A DNA stretch of 64,000 bases from Cladosporium halotolerans (lineage: Eukaryota), in NCBI RefSeq assembly GCF_011745625.1, contig NW_027191485.1:186001-250000 (forward strand), in the 5' to 3' direction. The position numbers and the translations under genes were made by a program. Of this stretch, positions 22,923 to 35,182 are shown piece after piece. The notes under the pieces are model-generated. The model was not told where the DNA came from, made no database searches, and saw nothing but the letters and a program-made list of their open reading frames with translations. Each line of letters starts with the position of its first letter. Position 1 is the stretch's first letter.

Positions 22923-25643
22923 ATGTTCCGCAAGCCGCGCGATGCTCTGAAGCAGCCAGATGTAGGCCGCCCACCGTCTCCCACCAACGGACCCGCGAAG
23001 ACGCCTTTCACGCTAGCCGTCCCACCTTCCGTTCCGCCACCCTCGAAACCTCTGGCTATGGCGCCCACGAAGACGAATACGAGCAGACAGACTCCGAGTA
23101 CTGTCAGACAGAGCTCTTCCGGGAGCTCCAAGAAGACTGCTGGGGCGTCGAAGATCAAGGCGAAGCCGAACGGGAATATCCTGAGTTTCTTCAAGAAGGA
23201 AGAGACGGGGTTGTTCGTCGCGGAGGACGGGGCGCCTGTTTCTACGGCTTCGCCTTACTTCGAGAATGGGACGAACGGAGTGGATTACGGTGACAGATTC
23301 AATGAGACCGAATCGCCGTCAAAGAGAAGACGATTAAGCGTCGATGAGAACGAGACAAATGAAGCAGAGGGCGAGAGTGCGAGCCTTTTCGGTGAAGACG
23401 AGCCTGCAAAACCGGTCTCGGCTCCTGCTCCGGCCAAGTCTGGCCCTTTCATGGAGGACTCAGACAGTGAGGACGACGAAGAGGAGCACCCCGAAGCGGT
23501 GATTGGATTTGACGAAGGTCCGAGCCATACTTCCGTGACGACTCTCGCAGCACCGGAAGCTTGCGATGCAGCTGAGGATATCTCCACGCACGGCAAGGGG
23601 ACCGATGTGGTTCTGGAAGCTGCACCCAAAGATGAGCCACCGAGCTTCATCAAAGAGGAAACAAGCTATGGACCGGGTCTGGAAGAATTTCAGGATTTCG
23701 AGGGAGTCGAAGGGGACTTCGATGAGGATATCAATGAGGAGGGCGACGAGACATTCGAGAGGAGGTACATGGAGGAGCAGGCAAGACTGGAAGCTGAGGC
23801 AAATGCGGAGGAATACGACTCATTACCACCTGGAGAGAATATCATCAAGGCAGAATCTGGTAGTACTTCGAATGGCACAGAGAGCGCGAGTCCAACCTGC
23901 CCTATTTGCAGCGCGAGCCTCGCAGGCGTCAGTGAGCAGGATGCAGGCATCCATGTCAACAATTGCTTGGACGGCAACCCCACACCTTTACCACCACCCA
24001 AGAAGCCACTGCTTCCGCAGACTGAGGTGAAGCCGGAGAGATGCGCCTCGCCAGCACAGTACAAGCGGCCTGTTCGACCACCCAAGCCTGGCCAGCAGAA
24101 CCCGTTTCTGTTAGGTGAACAGAAGCCTAGTGGCGGGTCGGCTTTCAGCAAGCTTATGTCTGGTCACGCCGAAGACGCAGCATGGGCGGAGGCAGCGGCT
24201 TCGGAAAATGCGGCGAGAGGCAAGCCAGCGTATCAACGGACTTGTCCTTTCTACAAGATCTTGCCTGGTCTCTTCATTTGCGTAGACGCCTTCAGGTACG
24301 GCGCTGTAGAGGGATGCCAGGCTTACTTTCTCAGCCATTTTCACAGCGACCACTACATTGGCTTGACCAGCACGTGGACTCACGGTCCCATCTACTGTTC
24401 ACGTGTCACGGCCAATCTCGTTCGCCAGCAGCTGCGCGTTGATCCACAGTATGTGATCGGCCTTGATTTCGAACTGGATGTGCCTGTGCCGAACACAAAA
24501 GGCGTCAAGGTCACCATGATCTCAGCAAATCACTGCCCAGGCTCGTCGCTCTTCCTCTTCGAAAAGGTTGTCGGCAAGAAAACAAACGGCGAGCCACGCC
24601 TCCAGCGCATTCTCCACTGTGGTGACTTCCGAGCGTGCCGAGCACACATTGAGCATCCTCTCCTCATGCCCAATGTGCAGGACAAGGTCAATGGGAAGAC
24701 CAAGGAACAGAAGATCGATGTGTGCTATCTGGACACCACCTACCTCAATCCCAAATACGCCTTCCCACCGCAGACTTCTGTCATCCAAGCCTGCGCAGAC
24801 ATGTGCGTCAGCCTCTCAAAAGTCTCCCCAGACGAAGACGACGGCTGGGAGCAAATGAAGCGCCAACGCGCCGGCGAAGGCATGACCAAATTTATTCAAC
24901 GCGAAAACTCGATCAAAGAAGAGCCTCCCGAAGATGGCACCGAGGACCACATGAAAGTCGAGCGCAACCCCAAAGCCAGCCAACAAATCATCTCCTCGGC
25001 CAAAGACCAGAAGACTCGCGGCCGCCTGCTCGTGGTCGTCGGCACCTACAGCATCGGCAAGGAGCGCATCTGTCTCGGCATCGCGAAGGCCCTCGGCAGC
25101 AAGATCTTCGCGCCCACCAGCAAGCGCCGCATTGTTGCTGCGCTGGAGGACCCAGAGCTCGACGCCCTTATGACAGACGACCCGCGCGCCGCGCAGGTTC
25201 ACATGACGCCGCTCTTTGAGATCCGCGCGGACACCCTCGACGACTACCTCAAGGACTACTTTCCGCACTTCACCCGTGCCGTCGGTTTCCGGCCCAGCGG
25301 CTGGAACTACCGCCCGCCGAACTCGCGCTTCGTCGAGTCGCCCAGCGTGCAGACGGTGCTGAACTCCGACAACTGGAAGAGCAATTACAGCATGCGGGAG
25401 CTGGTGCCGCAGCGCGGCAGCACGAGCCGCGCGAGCTGTTTCGGAGTGCCGTATTCGGAGCACAGCTCTTTTAGGGAGCTGACGGTTTTTTGCTGTGCGC
25501 TTAGGATCGAGAAGGTCATTCCTACGGTTAATGTTGGGAGTGCGAAGGGCCGGGAGAGGATGAAGGGGTGGTGTGAGAGGTGGGCGCAGGAGAGGAAGAA
25601 GAATGGGGTTTGGCAATTGCCGGAGGGGACAGAATTGCAGTAG
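22923..25643 (+). CDS. PSO2: DNA cross-link repair nuclease SNM1/PSO2 (MBL/beta-CASP) with UBZ-type zinc finger
   Basis: FLSHFHSDHYIGL, ANHCPGS, HCGDFR, LDTTY, VPYSEHSS; CPIC...HVNNCLD finger. Start could instead be Met at 23058. Confidence 0.92.
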   Translation: MFRKPRDALKQPDVGRPPSPTNGPAKTPFTLAVPPSVPPPSKPLAMAPTKTNTSRQTPSTVRQSSSGSSKKTAGASKIKAKPNGNILSFFKKEETGLFVAEDGAPVSTASPYFENGTNGVDYGDRFNETESPSKRRRLSVDENETNEAEGESASLFGEDEPAKPVSAPAPAKSGPFMEDSDSEDDEEEHPEAVIGFDEGPSHTSVTTLAAPEACDAAEDISTHGKGTDVVLEAAPKDEPPSFIKEETSYGPGLEEFQDFEGVEGDFDEDINEEGDETFERRYMEEQARLEAEANAEEYDSLPPGENIIKAESGSTSNGTESASPTCPICSASLAGVSEQDAGIHVNNCLDGNPTPLPPPKKPLLPQTEVKPERCASPAQYKRPVRPPKPGQQNPFLLGEQKPSGGSAFSKLMSGHAEDAAWAEAAASENAARGKPAYQRTCPFYKILPGLFICVDAFRYGAVEGCQAYFLSHFHSDHYIGLTSTWTHGPIYCSRVTANLVRQQLRVDPQYVIGLDFELDVPVPNTKGVKVTMISANHCPGSSLFLFEKVVGKKTNGEPRLQRILHCGDFRACRAHIEHPLLMPNVQDKVNGKTKEQKIDVCYLDTTYLNPKYAFPPQTSVIQACADMCVSLSKVSPDEDDGWEQMKRQRAGEGMTKFIQRENSIKEEPPEDGTEDHMKVERNPKASQQIISSAKDQKTRGRLLVVVGTYSIGKERICLGIAKALGSKIFAPTSKRRIVAALEDPELDALMTDDPRAAQVHMTPLFEIRADTLDDYLKDYFPHFTRAVGFRPSGWNYRPPNSRFVESPSVQTVLNSDNWKSNYSMRELVPQRGSTSRASCFGVPYSEHSSFRELTVFCCALRIEKVIPTVNVGSAKGRERMKGWCERWAQERKKNGVWQLPEGTELQ

Positions 25644-25963
25644 GGGTCTTGGATATGTGGTTATGAGATATGATCAAGCACGCTTTCTGACAAGTCAAAT
25701 GCCCTGTCAGACCTCTGCTGTCACGTTCACGTACTACGTCGGACATTGGCGTTGAAAATAGCTGGAACTTGTGATCGGAAGCTCTCCAAGGTTTCGTCTT
25801 GTCTATCGTATGTGAATTTTATACTTGTACAGGTCGCGCGTTTCAACAGTGCCGTGCCCCATGTATCATGCGCAAGGGTATAGTAATGAGCATCGTGAAA
25901 GGAGAACAGGAAATGAAAATGCCATCGTCGCAGGTGCCTCAGGAATCCAATCCGCCCACGCGC

Positions 25964-27061
25964 CTAGTCCTCGTGACACTTGGTCGTGGCGTTGGACCAG
26001 CCAGTCAGCCTGTTCGCGATATCAGAAACGTAGCAAGCCGTTGCGCCGGCCGCCTCGCTGAGGTTTCCGGACAGCGGAATAAGGCCACTGTTGTAGCCTC
26101 GCGCCGCGCCGTACGCGTTCTTATAGTAGTTCAGGTTCTGCACGAGGCCGTCGCCGTCGCGCGTGCCCTGCACACCGTCTTGCACCATGTCGGAGATCGA
26201 CTGGTTGGCGTGGTGGGGGTTGAACGTGGTGCCGTTGTGGGTTTGCATGAGGCCGGGGTTGACGACGCCAGTGTAGGACTGGGTCTGGTGCACTTTCGCG
26301 CAGCCGTGGGTCTAAGAGAGGATTAGTGAATTTCAACAGAGTGAAGGACGTGATTGACATACCTCTTGCAGAATCGTGGCGAGGATGAAGCGGTGGTCTA
26401 CGAGAGAAATCCTGGCGCGGTTCTGAATGGCGTTGTAGATGGATTCGATTTCGCTGTCGCTGTTGGAAAATGTCAGCGTCGTTCATGCATGGCTGTGACC
26501 TGTTTTCACTTACGTTTGATCCTTGCCGAAGTGGTTCGCGTGGCAAGAATTCTTGAAGAAGTGGAGATTTCCTGCCCACATATCCTCGAAGGAGATCCAA
26601 TCGGTGGCGTTGGGGAACTGGTCCGCTGGTCCAGAGTAGTAGGTGTACTCATCCTTGCCCTTGCCGATTCCGTCGTCGGTCTTTGCGGGATCGTCACGAG
26701 TAGCACCCTGTCCGAAGGCTCCGGAGTTCGTCACCTTCAGATCACCCTTCACAGGCGTGTAGGTGTAAGGCTCGTCTTTGTCTTGTGACAGACCGACGCC
26801 GAGGCCGACCGCAAGACCGATGATCACGCATACTGCAACGGCGCCTCCGATGATGATGAGCTTTCGTCGAGTCCAGCGAGGCTTCTGCGTTCGAGGTGGC
26901 AAAGGCTCCGAGATGTCAAGATCCGAGACCGTCTTAAAGCCATGGTAGTCCTGATAATCCTGGAAGTTGCCCTCAGGCCCATCGGCAGTGTGAACTTGGG
27001 CAGGGTTTTCTACAGGCTCGTAGCTCTGGCTGTAGTAGCGCGAGTTCCTGTTGGCGGCCAT
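25964..27061 (-). CDS. Type II membrane protein with lysozyme/transglycosylase-like (GH23/SLT-like) domain, 3 exons
   Basis: TM IIIGGAVAVCVIIGLAVGLGVGL; spliced core DHRFILATILQETHGC...NPGLMQTHNG...AARGYNSG...CYVSDIANRLTGW. Confidence 0.65.
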
Positions 27062-27867
27062 TGTGTGCTAGCAGTGTGGCGTGCAAGAGCCTCAAAAATT
27101 GTCGCACAAGCAGAAAGATGTTCGATTTGTATGAACGTTACGCCCGCCAGGGACGGGAGAGGACTCGCTGGTTTAAACCTTGGAGGGCGCGGTGGCGCCA
27201 GGGGCACGACTCAGTGTTTGACATTTCTGGATCGGCCGCGTGCGGTGGGCTGCGCGATCCTCATCGCGCATGTGATTGGCGAGAACGGCCTGGATTAGAG
27301 TGAAGTCGCGTCTTCGCGCGAGCCGTGCGGCGCTAGGGCGCCGGGATCCCTGACCCCCAAGCTTTTCCAGGCGTTGGGAACGTCTGCACCGTGCCTTCAA
27401 GCTTGTTTTTCTCTTTGCGCCATAAAGTATGTTGCGCCATATGTCTCTAAGGTTAATTACATACTTTGTGTGTTGAACTCTGTCGTCATCCACGAGGCCG
27501 TCTTCACAATGCTGATACTCATATGTGTGGCGGGATCTACCTGCGGCTGGGCTGCGAGACACGGCCCAGTTATAGAAGGATGCCGCTAGTTGACAGCGAA
27601 ACGCTAGTGAATCTAGAAGGTTTATTTACGGCAACACGGTTGTTGAAAGCCGAAAAACTGCGACCCGCTTCGCTGTTATTTGTGTCTGTCGCCAACGGCG
27701 CGTAACGACATATGTAGGGCCTCGTGTTCTTCGTGTCCTCGCGGCGAGCATCCGGCACATGCTCGAAGATTCAGGCAGCATCGCCCTTATGCAGGCCCGA
27801 AATAACTCAAACTATTGGTGCCTTCCATGGCTGTGCACATGAGCAGTGTCACGCGTTTCTGAGATGC

Positions 27868-29077
27868 TCAGATGTTGGCCAGGATAAGTCTGGCCTCATT
27901 CCCGGCATCATCGAGCGCATGCTGCGCAGATTGTTTGGGCGACCAGCCGATCTTCCTACCACGATCCGCCTGCAGAGAGCACCTGTGACAACGTCAGCTC
28001 CTAGTCACGGAATAACAAAGGCAACCTGAGGCAACATACGCTCCGCCCATCTCTACTGGAACAAACTCTTTAGGGCACCCCAGCGCCTTCGCTGCTTCTT
28101 CAAGGGACTTGTCGCTGGCATCGTGGACCATGTCGTCCTCCACAATACCATTTGCCGCCAAAGCCTTCGCCATCTGCTTGTACAGATCTGCCCAGGCAAC
28201 TGATCCAGAAGATGCCAAGTAGTAGCCACTACGGCCACTCCCGATCTTCTTCTCGCTCAGAATGTTTCGCAAGATGTCGACGTAGAGCGAAACGGTATCA
28301 TCAATGTGGCATACCGGCCACGTCTGAGTTGTTGTCAGCGGTATCCTCCAGCTTTGCGATTTTTTGGTACTTACGCCTTCTACAGTGTCGGGCTTACACA
28401 CCCGACGCAACGCCTTGGCTGCCCGAACGACGGCGACCGTTTGGATCGAGATGCGATTCCCAAATCCTGAACCCTCACCATATACGATGCACGGGATGTA
28501 GATGTAAGTGCTAACGCCGAGTTTCTCGCCTGCTTCGATAATCTCGCTGTTTGCACCGACAGCCTGGACCTGAGTTCAGCTACTACTTTTTTTTCACCGC
28601 GCACGGGAATCATACCGTCTCCATAGGTGGGAACTTTGACTTCGCATTCTTTTGTATCTCACAAAGCTCGTCATCAGCATCGCTAAGCACCCTATCCGTC
28701 GGGTGGCCAACAAAGCTGCTGAACAGCTTCGCGCCGGTGGTGTGGAGGAAATGCGTCTCGATGCCCAGCCGCTGCTTCACGTTAGCGAGACCTTCGACGA
28801 ATTTGAGTTGAGCGATCGCGTTAAAGGCGTTTATCATGAAGAACACGACCGAGATCTCCTTCTCCACTAGTGTGGCGGTGATAGCTGCTTGGTCTTCTAG
28901 GTCGAGGTTCAAAGGCGTCGCATTGTAGTGTGTCTTGACCGCTTCGGCTTGCTCGTTGCTGCGGACGAGAGCATAGACTGTGCCATGTTGTGGTAGGTCA
29001 GAGGTGTGCTTGAGGGTTGCGAGGAGGGAGCCGCCGATGTAGCCAGAGCCGCCGGTGATGAGGATGTTGCGGGGCAT
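27868..29077 (-). CDS. NAD(P)-dependent epimerase/dehydratase (extended SDR), 4 exons
   Basis: ILITGGSGYIG Rossmann motif, YGEGSGFG, CHIDD, final exon RGRKIGWSP; canonical introns join the ORF pieces. Confidence 0.8.
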
Positions 29078-29711
29078 GTTTTGAATCACGTTGTTCCGTT
29101 CTTCGAGTGTCTACAGTAGTCACAAGAATTGAGAGGGAGAGCTTGGGTCCTCTTGTACAGATTCACGAATGCCTGATCACGAAATCAAAATTGACTGGTG
29201 GTGTTGATTATGAAGCTGGCGTCTCCACATGGCGGAGTAATAAAGTGCGTTATTCCCGAATGCATCATCGACGCTATCGCCTAATACTTTGTGCACGATT
29301 GCCTCTTGCTCGGGTCCATCAATGTCTACTTCGCGACCAACCCGTTGTCAGTTCCAGTCATTGCGTTGCTGTTGCATGTGTACCAGTCGTTTCACCCCAT
29401 GAATGCCTGAGGCACTCATGGACGAATGCAATATTTCTGAAATTCGGCACGCGACTTGAAGGCAACTCCTCCACACACGATGTGAGCAATTGCGAGATCT
29501 TACCGGAGTATTCTGCCATGTGCTGTGTGTGATGCCTTCCACGTCACGACAGAGACGATCTCTCTGGGCGGGCGTTCTTCAGCCTGCTGTTGTACTCTGA
29601 CTGCGACTTATTTCTCATTTCACCCTTCGCAAGCCAACTCCAAGAGACAGGACACTGGCAACTGCCGGGAGCTCAATAAAAAGATCTTGACAATTTTCGG
29701 TCACGTGCAGC

Positions 29712-31382
29712 ATGCCGCCAAATCTGCCTGAGGAGATATGGATCTTGATCTTGGAAAATCTCGCATTCCCAGGAGCTACAGAGTTTGGGAACGCCCAGGA
29801 TGAATTGGACTACAAACCAGAAAAGGCCAAGGGCTACCGAGATGGGGTTCTCGAGCGGTTGAAGACGTTACATGATCTGTGCTTGGTGTCGAAGTCACTC
29901 AATCGACTGGCTCATCCAATACTATATCGAGGCCTGGCCACTCGACGGTTACGCGACGAATCAGACTTGGCCTCTGATTTTCTCCGAACAATCTGCATTA
30001 AACCGAACTACGGTCTGGCATTGCGAACACTGCTAGCAGAACCATGGGGATATTTACAGGCCATGGATCAGACGGAAGTCTTTGATCTGCTACAAGGAGA
30101 TGCGACCGTTGTGGCGCTATTCCAGTGGCGAGCGAGGGGTTTCTGGTTTGGCGAAGATGAAGGACACATTGCTTCGCCTGGCGACGGCGACGACAACGAT
30201 GACCATGAGGAGGGGGATGATGACGACGAATTTTCCGATTTCCTGACAGTGCGCTCTCTATGCAAATCTCTTAACCTTGGTCTAGCGGACGCACATGTGG
30301 CGATGATAATGCTCATGTGCCCCAACATCAGGGAGTTGGACATACGATCAACTTTGGGATTAGACGCGACCACAATACTGAAGCTTTTGAACACAGTGCT
30401 GTCGAGAGAATTCCAAGAAAAGTCTCTTCCGCATTCATTACCCGATCCAGAAGAAGAGGAATCGGACTACCTCCTCGCTAACATGTTCGGCGCGGCCTGG
30501 CCTGAACAAAAGTTACAGAAACCACTGATCCTTCAGCACCTGCAGAAGTTGACCATCAGCTTTTCGGCGATTACAGACGCACGCTTCAGTTTCTTGACAA
30601 AGCTTATATCGCTACCCTCCCTACGGAGCTTTACAGCTTACAGCTTGTACACCGAGATGGGAGACAAGTCGGACGGCCTTGAAGGAATTAAATGCCCTAA
30701 TCTGGAGACAATGGAGTTGGTCGATTGCCAGGTACCCTCCAGAGATGTCGTCGCGTTCGTCAAATGCTGCCCCAATCTTCGAAATCTCGCGGTGGAGTGG
30801 GAGTGGATTGCAGACGTTTCGCGGATTGGCAGGCAATCAGCAGAGTTTGCTTTGAAATACAACGATATTGGCAGAGCCATCTCAGACCACGCCCCTCAAA
30901 TGGAACGGCTAACGTTGAGATCCCCTAGCGGAATCCTCGAAGCAGACGAAAGAGTCTGGAAGCATCCTCACGTCTTAGGAGGCACTTTGCTCGGACTATC
31001 TGGACTTCGCCATCTTGAGCTCGATGAGCACAGTATCTACGGCTCAGACTACGCTTCATATCCCTTCTCACTCGCCAGAACCGTGCCCAAAAGTGTGGTG
31101 AGCCTCGACCTCACTTCTTACGATGGTGGCTATAGTGCAGATATCAACGATGTGCCTGTTGATGTCTATCAGAAATGGCAGGATGACGATCTGAACATGT
31201 TCCTCCAAGACGACTCTTTCTATTCCTTGCGGCGCGTCACCCTTCGATGCCGGAAGAGGACTTTCGATAGGGACGTGGCCGAGCGGCATGGGTGGGAGAT
31301 GCATCAAGAAGAGGAAACTGAAGGCCTAGAGCTGGTATTGGTGAACCGCAATCGTCTAGGCACTCGTGATCCCGCGAGTTGA
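29712..31382 (+). CDS. F-box-like / LRR (RNI-like) protein of unknown function
   Basis: N-terminal LPEEIWILILENL and LCLVSKSLNRLAHPILYR; repeated CPNL..L.L motifs; 556-aa intronless ORF. Confidence 0.65.
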   Translation: MPPNLPEEIWILILENLAFPGATEFGNAQDELDYKPEKAKGYRDGVLERLKTLHDLCLVSKSLNRLAHPILYRGLATRRLRDESDLASDFLRTICIKPNYGLALRTLLAEPWGYLQAMDQTEVFDLLQGDATVVALFQWRARGFWFGEDEGHIASPGDGDDNDDHEEGDDDDEFSDFLTVRSLCKSLNLGLADAHVAMIMLMCPNIRELDIRSTLGLDATTILKLLNTVLSREFQEKSLPHSLPDPEEEESDYLLANMFGAAWPEQKLQKPLILQHLQKLTISFSAITDARFSFLTKLISLPSLRSFTAYSLYTEMGDKSDGLEGIKCPNLETMELVDCQVPSRDVVAFVKCCPNLRNLAVEWEWIADVSRIGRQSAEFALKYNDIGRAISDHAPQMERLTLRSPSGILEADERVWKHPHVLGGTLLGLSGLRHLELDEHSIYGSDYASYPFSLARTVPKSVVSLDLTSYDGGYSADINDVPVDVYQKWQDDDLNMFLQDDSFYSLRRVTLRCRKRTFDRDVAERHGWEMHQEEETEGLELVLVNRNRLGTRDPAS

Positions 31383-31751
31383 GTGCCTTGGACGGCACGA
31401 GTCTGCCGACTAGAATTCACCTCTCGTTCGCAGATCAGAGTCTGTAATGGAGATGATATACAGCCTACCGGGCTGCGTCTCTTGCGAAAAATTTGAAACA
31501 GTCACTTAGACATGGGAAGACGTTGCCTCAAATGATTGCCTGGTCAATCGCTTTGTAACCAGGCAAACGCTAGACTGCATGCATCAACGCTCTAAGATGC
31601 TTAGGAAAGGGGCTGCCTTTCTCCCAACGATTTCGACATCGGTCATCAACCCGACGTGGTGTTCCACCGCAAATGCTATGTGTTCAGACACCATCGACAT
31701 CTTCGACTGCACGCCACCGCATTCCGTTCGCCATCCAGGCCAAATCAACAC

Positions 31752-33242
31752 TCACTTTGCAGAAGCGCTGATCTCTTCGAAACGCTTTTCCTTTTTATGC
31801 CCGAGGGTGATCAGCTTGCTGATGAAAGGATCCTTGTCCAAGTACGCGCCCCTCAACCATCTCTCTTTGCCCGCATCAGCGACTTCAAACGCCTTCCGGG
31901 CGTGCAGCACCCGCCTGTTGTCGAAGATGACGCACTCTCCCGGCTTCATCATCCGCTCGTAAATGTTCTCGGGTCTGTGGATGTGCGAGTTGAAGCGACC
32001 CGCCGCCGTGCGCCACCGGCGGATCGCATACTCGTTCCTTTCGCTTAGGTCGCGGTCAAAGAATTGAGTGTGCGGATTGGTCAGCTGGAAGGGTGCTTGG
32101 AATTGCGGAGACCAGGTGACTGCTTCGAGGTAGTCCTCTAAGTTGAAGAGCTTCTTCACCCAGCCTCCCCGGATCCGGTCCTGTGCGAACAGTTGCAGGC
32201 CTCTGTAATTTGGGAAGACCTTGCCGTCGAAATTGAGAGGCGCCAATTCGATGAGGGGCCGCGATTGCTGGTAGTAGTGCGAATCGATGTGGTCGTAGTG
32301 GAATGTTATGGGTATCCTTTCGAGATCGGTGAAGGATTCCCGGTCGTGTTTCCAAAGGTAGCGGACGGCTTTGAAGCTATCAGCGAAGAGGCTGGCGCCG
32401 CCGTTTGCCGAGGAGCGGATGCAGTGGAGAAACTGGAGGTGCGGTGGCTGCTTCAAGTACATGAGATCCATATGGAACCCTAGGTCTTGGCTGGTGTATG
32501 CGACGTTCTTGGCTTGAGGCACAGAACGTACGTCCCACGTGTCGCCATAGAAGGTGTTTTTCAGAGGACCAATGCGCTGCGTGATTCGGGAAACGGACTC
32601 GGGGTCCTCTGGGACGTCTTTGAGAAAGAGCAGACCGTGGGAATGCAATTGCTGCAGAGCGTTGAAGAAGACGTTCTCGTCTTGCATGTAGGCTTTGTAG
32701 GTGATATCGGCAGTCTCAGCTCGGAATTGGGAATCCGTCCAGTATCTACGTCGTGGTAGTTTCGGCAAGATCTTCGAGCTGCCCGTCCTTTTAATAGCAT
32801 CCAAGACCTCCTGGGGGTAAAAGCTGGTATGAGGCCGCTTGATCCCGGGCAGATCAACCAGCCACGTGACTTGAAGGCCGCCTTTGTACCGTACCACTTC
32901 TTCCACACTGATGTCGGGAGGAATCTCGGCTGTGGAAAATAGCTTTTGCCTCGTAGATGGATCGACACACTGTGGACAAGTGCACATGTCTCGCAGTAGC
33001 ATCTTGGGCAATTCGAGGTCGTATGTTGGTATACTCTGGGAGAAAGGACCCGCGAGGGGGTATATGTAGCTCTCCGGGGGCTCTGATTCCTGGTCCTCAT
33101 GTGAATTTCCCGGAAACACGGGCTGCTCTGAGACGTCCGCTCGTTGTGGCCGATGGCTAACATGGAGGCGGGCGTGCTTCACTCGGCTCAGAATGCATTT
33201 TGTGCTTGTCGACCTGGTCCCCAGGCTACGGAGGGTGAGCAT
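31752..33242 (-). CDS. Gamma-butyrobetaine dioxygenase-like (TauD family), probably mitochondrial
   Basis: Basic presequence MLTLRSLG..., LRDMCTCPQC zinc site, AYT..LGFHMDLMY, FDNRRVLHAR, RWLRGAYLD. Confidence 0.85.
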   Translation of the reverse strand: MLTLRSLGTRSTSTKCILSRVKHARLHVSHRPQRADVSEQPVFPGNSHEDQESEPPESYIYPLAGPFSQSIPTYDLELPKMLLRDMCTCPQCVDPSTRQKLFSTAEIPPDISVEEVVRYKGGLQVTWLVDLPGIKRPHTSFYPQEVLDAIKRTGSSKILPKLPRRRYWTDSQFRAETADITYKAYMQDENVFFNALQQLHSHGLLFLKDVPEDPESVSRITQRIGPLKNTFYGDTWDVRSVPQAKNVAYTSQDLGFHMDLMYLKQPPHLQFLHCIRSSANGGASLFADSFKAVRYLWKHDRESFTDLERIPITFHYDHIDSHYYQQSRPLIELAPLNFDGKVFPNYRGLQLFAQDRIRGGWVKKLFNLEDYLEAVTWSPQFQAPFQLTNPHTQFFDRDLSERNEYAIRRWRTAAGRFNSHIHRPENIYERMMKPGECVIFDNRRVLHARKAFEVADAGKERWLRGAYLDKDPFISKLITLGHKKEKRFEEISASAK

Positions 33243-33605
33243 CGTCGCGCTAAGGCAATCGCTATGGCAAGAATGCGAGCTCGTACAAGGTTTGGGTAGC
33301 AGAAACACAAAGGCAAATGTAGGTACTTTCTTTATATTCTGTACCTGCCGCGTAGTGGGGATCCCACAGTGGGGAGCGCGACAACGCGGGCCTCGGCTCC
33401 GGGTGAACGACGTTGTTCGCATTGGCGCGGCTCTGCGAGTGCCCGAATTTCCAGGCGTCCGCGACGAACATCGAAACAACACTTCACATTCACAAACATA
33501 GCCAGCATCCCGTGACCGACGTCAACTCCACTTAGCTGGCGACTGATGGATGTCTCCAGCCGCAGAGCCCCTCCGCGATGAGGTATCCATCCACCCTGCC
33601 AAACA

Positions 33606-34589
33606 ATGCCTTCACAGGATTCTCGGGCTAACAAGCGCAAGGGAACTCGCACGCAGGTCGTCGTCGCCGGCGCCGTCGCAGGCCTGGTGTCCAGATTCTG
33701 CATCGCTCCTCTCGATGTCGTGAAGATCCGCCTCCAACTTCAATACCACTCCCTGGTCGATCCGCTCAGCGTCGCAGCCTCCTTCCGGCGCAAACCACTC
33801 GGCGTCATCGAGGTCGCCCGGGACATTCTCCGACACGAGGGCATTACAGGATTCTGGAAGGGGAACATCCCGGCCGAAGGTCTATATTTGAGCTATGGTG
33901 CGGCACAGTTCCTGGCATACCGCAGCACGACACAGGCTCTTGATGCTTTGACGGAGGATGAACATGGCAAGCAACGATGGCATGTACCAGGCACAGCGAA
34001 GAGCTTCATCGCAGGTGCTGTCGCCGGCACTGCAGCAACGACAGTCACATACCCGCTTGACCTGCTGCGCACACGCTTTGCCGCACAAGGGACTGAGAAG
34101 GTGTACGAAAGCTTGATCGCCAGCATTCGCGACATCAAGCGCAACGAAGGGATGGGAGGCTACTTTCGCGGTCTCGGCGCTGGAGTAGGCCAGATTGTGC
34201 CGTACATGGGTCTCTTCTTCGCCTCCTACGAGGGCCTCAAGCCCGCGCTCGCGGATGTACAGCTTCCCTTTGGCTCCGGTGATGCTATCGCTGGTATCTC
34301 GGCAAGCATCTTCTCCAAGACCGTGGTCTTCCCGCTGGACACTGTGCGGAAGCGGCTACAGGTCCAAGGTCCGACTAGGCAGAAATATGTCGGCGGTCAC
34401 AAGACGCCAGTGTACGATAGGGGAGTTTTTGGGACTTTGACGATGATCGTTAGGAAGGAAGGGACTATGGGACTGTACAGAGGCTTGAGTGTCAGCCTTG
34501 TCAAGGCTGCGCCGGCGAGTGCGATCACGATGTGGACGTATGAAAGGGCGCTTGATGCGCTGAAGAGGATTCAGGAGGAAGACGGCTGA
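33606..34589 (+). CDS. TPC1: Mitochondrial thiamine pyrophosphate carrier
   Basis: Three PX[DE]XX[KR] repeats ([26 protein letters not shown]); [20 protein letters not shown] and [14 protein letters not shown] are TPC1-like. Confidence 0.85.
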   Translation: MPSQDSRANKRKGTRTQVVVAGAVAGLVSRFCIAPLDVVKIRLQLQYHSLVDPLSVAASFRRKPLGVIEVARDILRHEGITGFWKGNIPAEGLYLSYGAAQFLAYRSTTQALDALTEDEHGKQRWHVPGTAKSFIAGAVAGTAATTVTYPLDLLRTRFAAQGTEKVYESLIASIRDIKRNEGMGGYFRGLGAGVGQIVPYMGLFFASYEGLKPALADVQLPFGSGDAIAGISASIFSKTVVFPLDTVRKRLQVQGPTRQKYVGGHKTPVYDRGVFGTLTMIVRKEGTMGLYRGLSVSLVKAAPASAITMWTYERALDALKRIQEEDG

Positions 34590-35182
34590 TCTTCCATACT
34601 TTCATGCACCAGCCAGCTCAATTCAGAAACGCGCCAACTATTCGCTGAGAGTCAATGCTGTGGGCTCGATCATTGTATTAACAGCTTTGCCACATCCAAA
34701 GTCCAAAACTTACCTACCTTTATTTTTATCTCGTCCATTTGATGCTAGCTGACTTCACACAGATTGCAAGCTGTGGGGTATTGGATCAGCATCATGATCA
34801 CATCTTTGACCACACGGGCCTGGCTGAGAAGACAGATGTTCGACAGACTGGATTAAAAAGAAGCGCGCCATGTTTCATTACATTGCAAGGACATATCCCG
34901 CGCAGTCACAAAAGCAATATGGTGGCTGCCTGTGAGATCGGCTGAGCAGTCCCTAGATTTGCTCCCAGGATGCGCCTACAGGATGTGGCGCAACATGTGG
35001 CCACCTGCATGCATCCCGGTCTGGCGTTGCCGCCGAGCTGAGAATGGGGCACCTTCAGCTTCAGCTCCAGAGCTTCCCAGACCCAGTATCGAGAGTGCGC
35101 AGCATAGTGGCGAGTTGTCAAAAACACAAACGTTCTTTCAACGGTGCACGGCTTGCCATATACGGGGAATCGCGGTTGCATC

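Noticed and set aside
33243..33605. TPP riboswitch near TPC1
   Set aside because: No recognisable TPP aptamer core or intron in this short divergent promoter.
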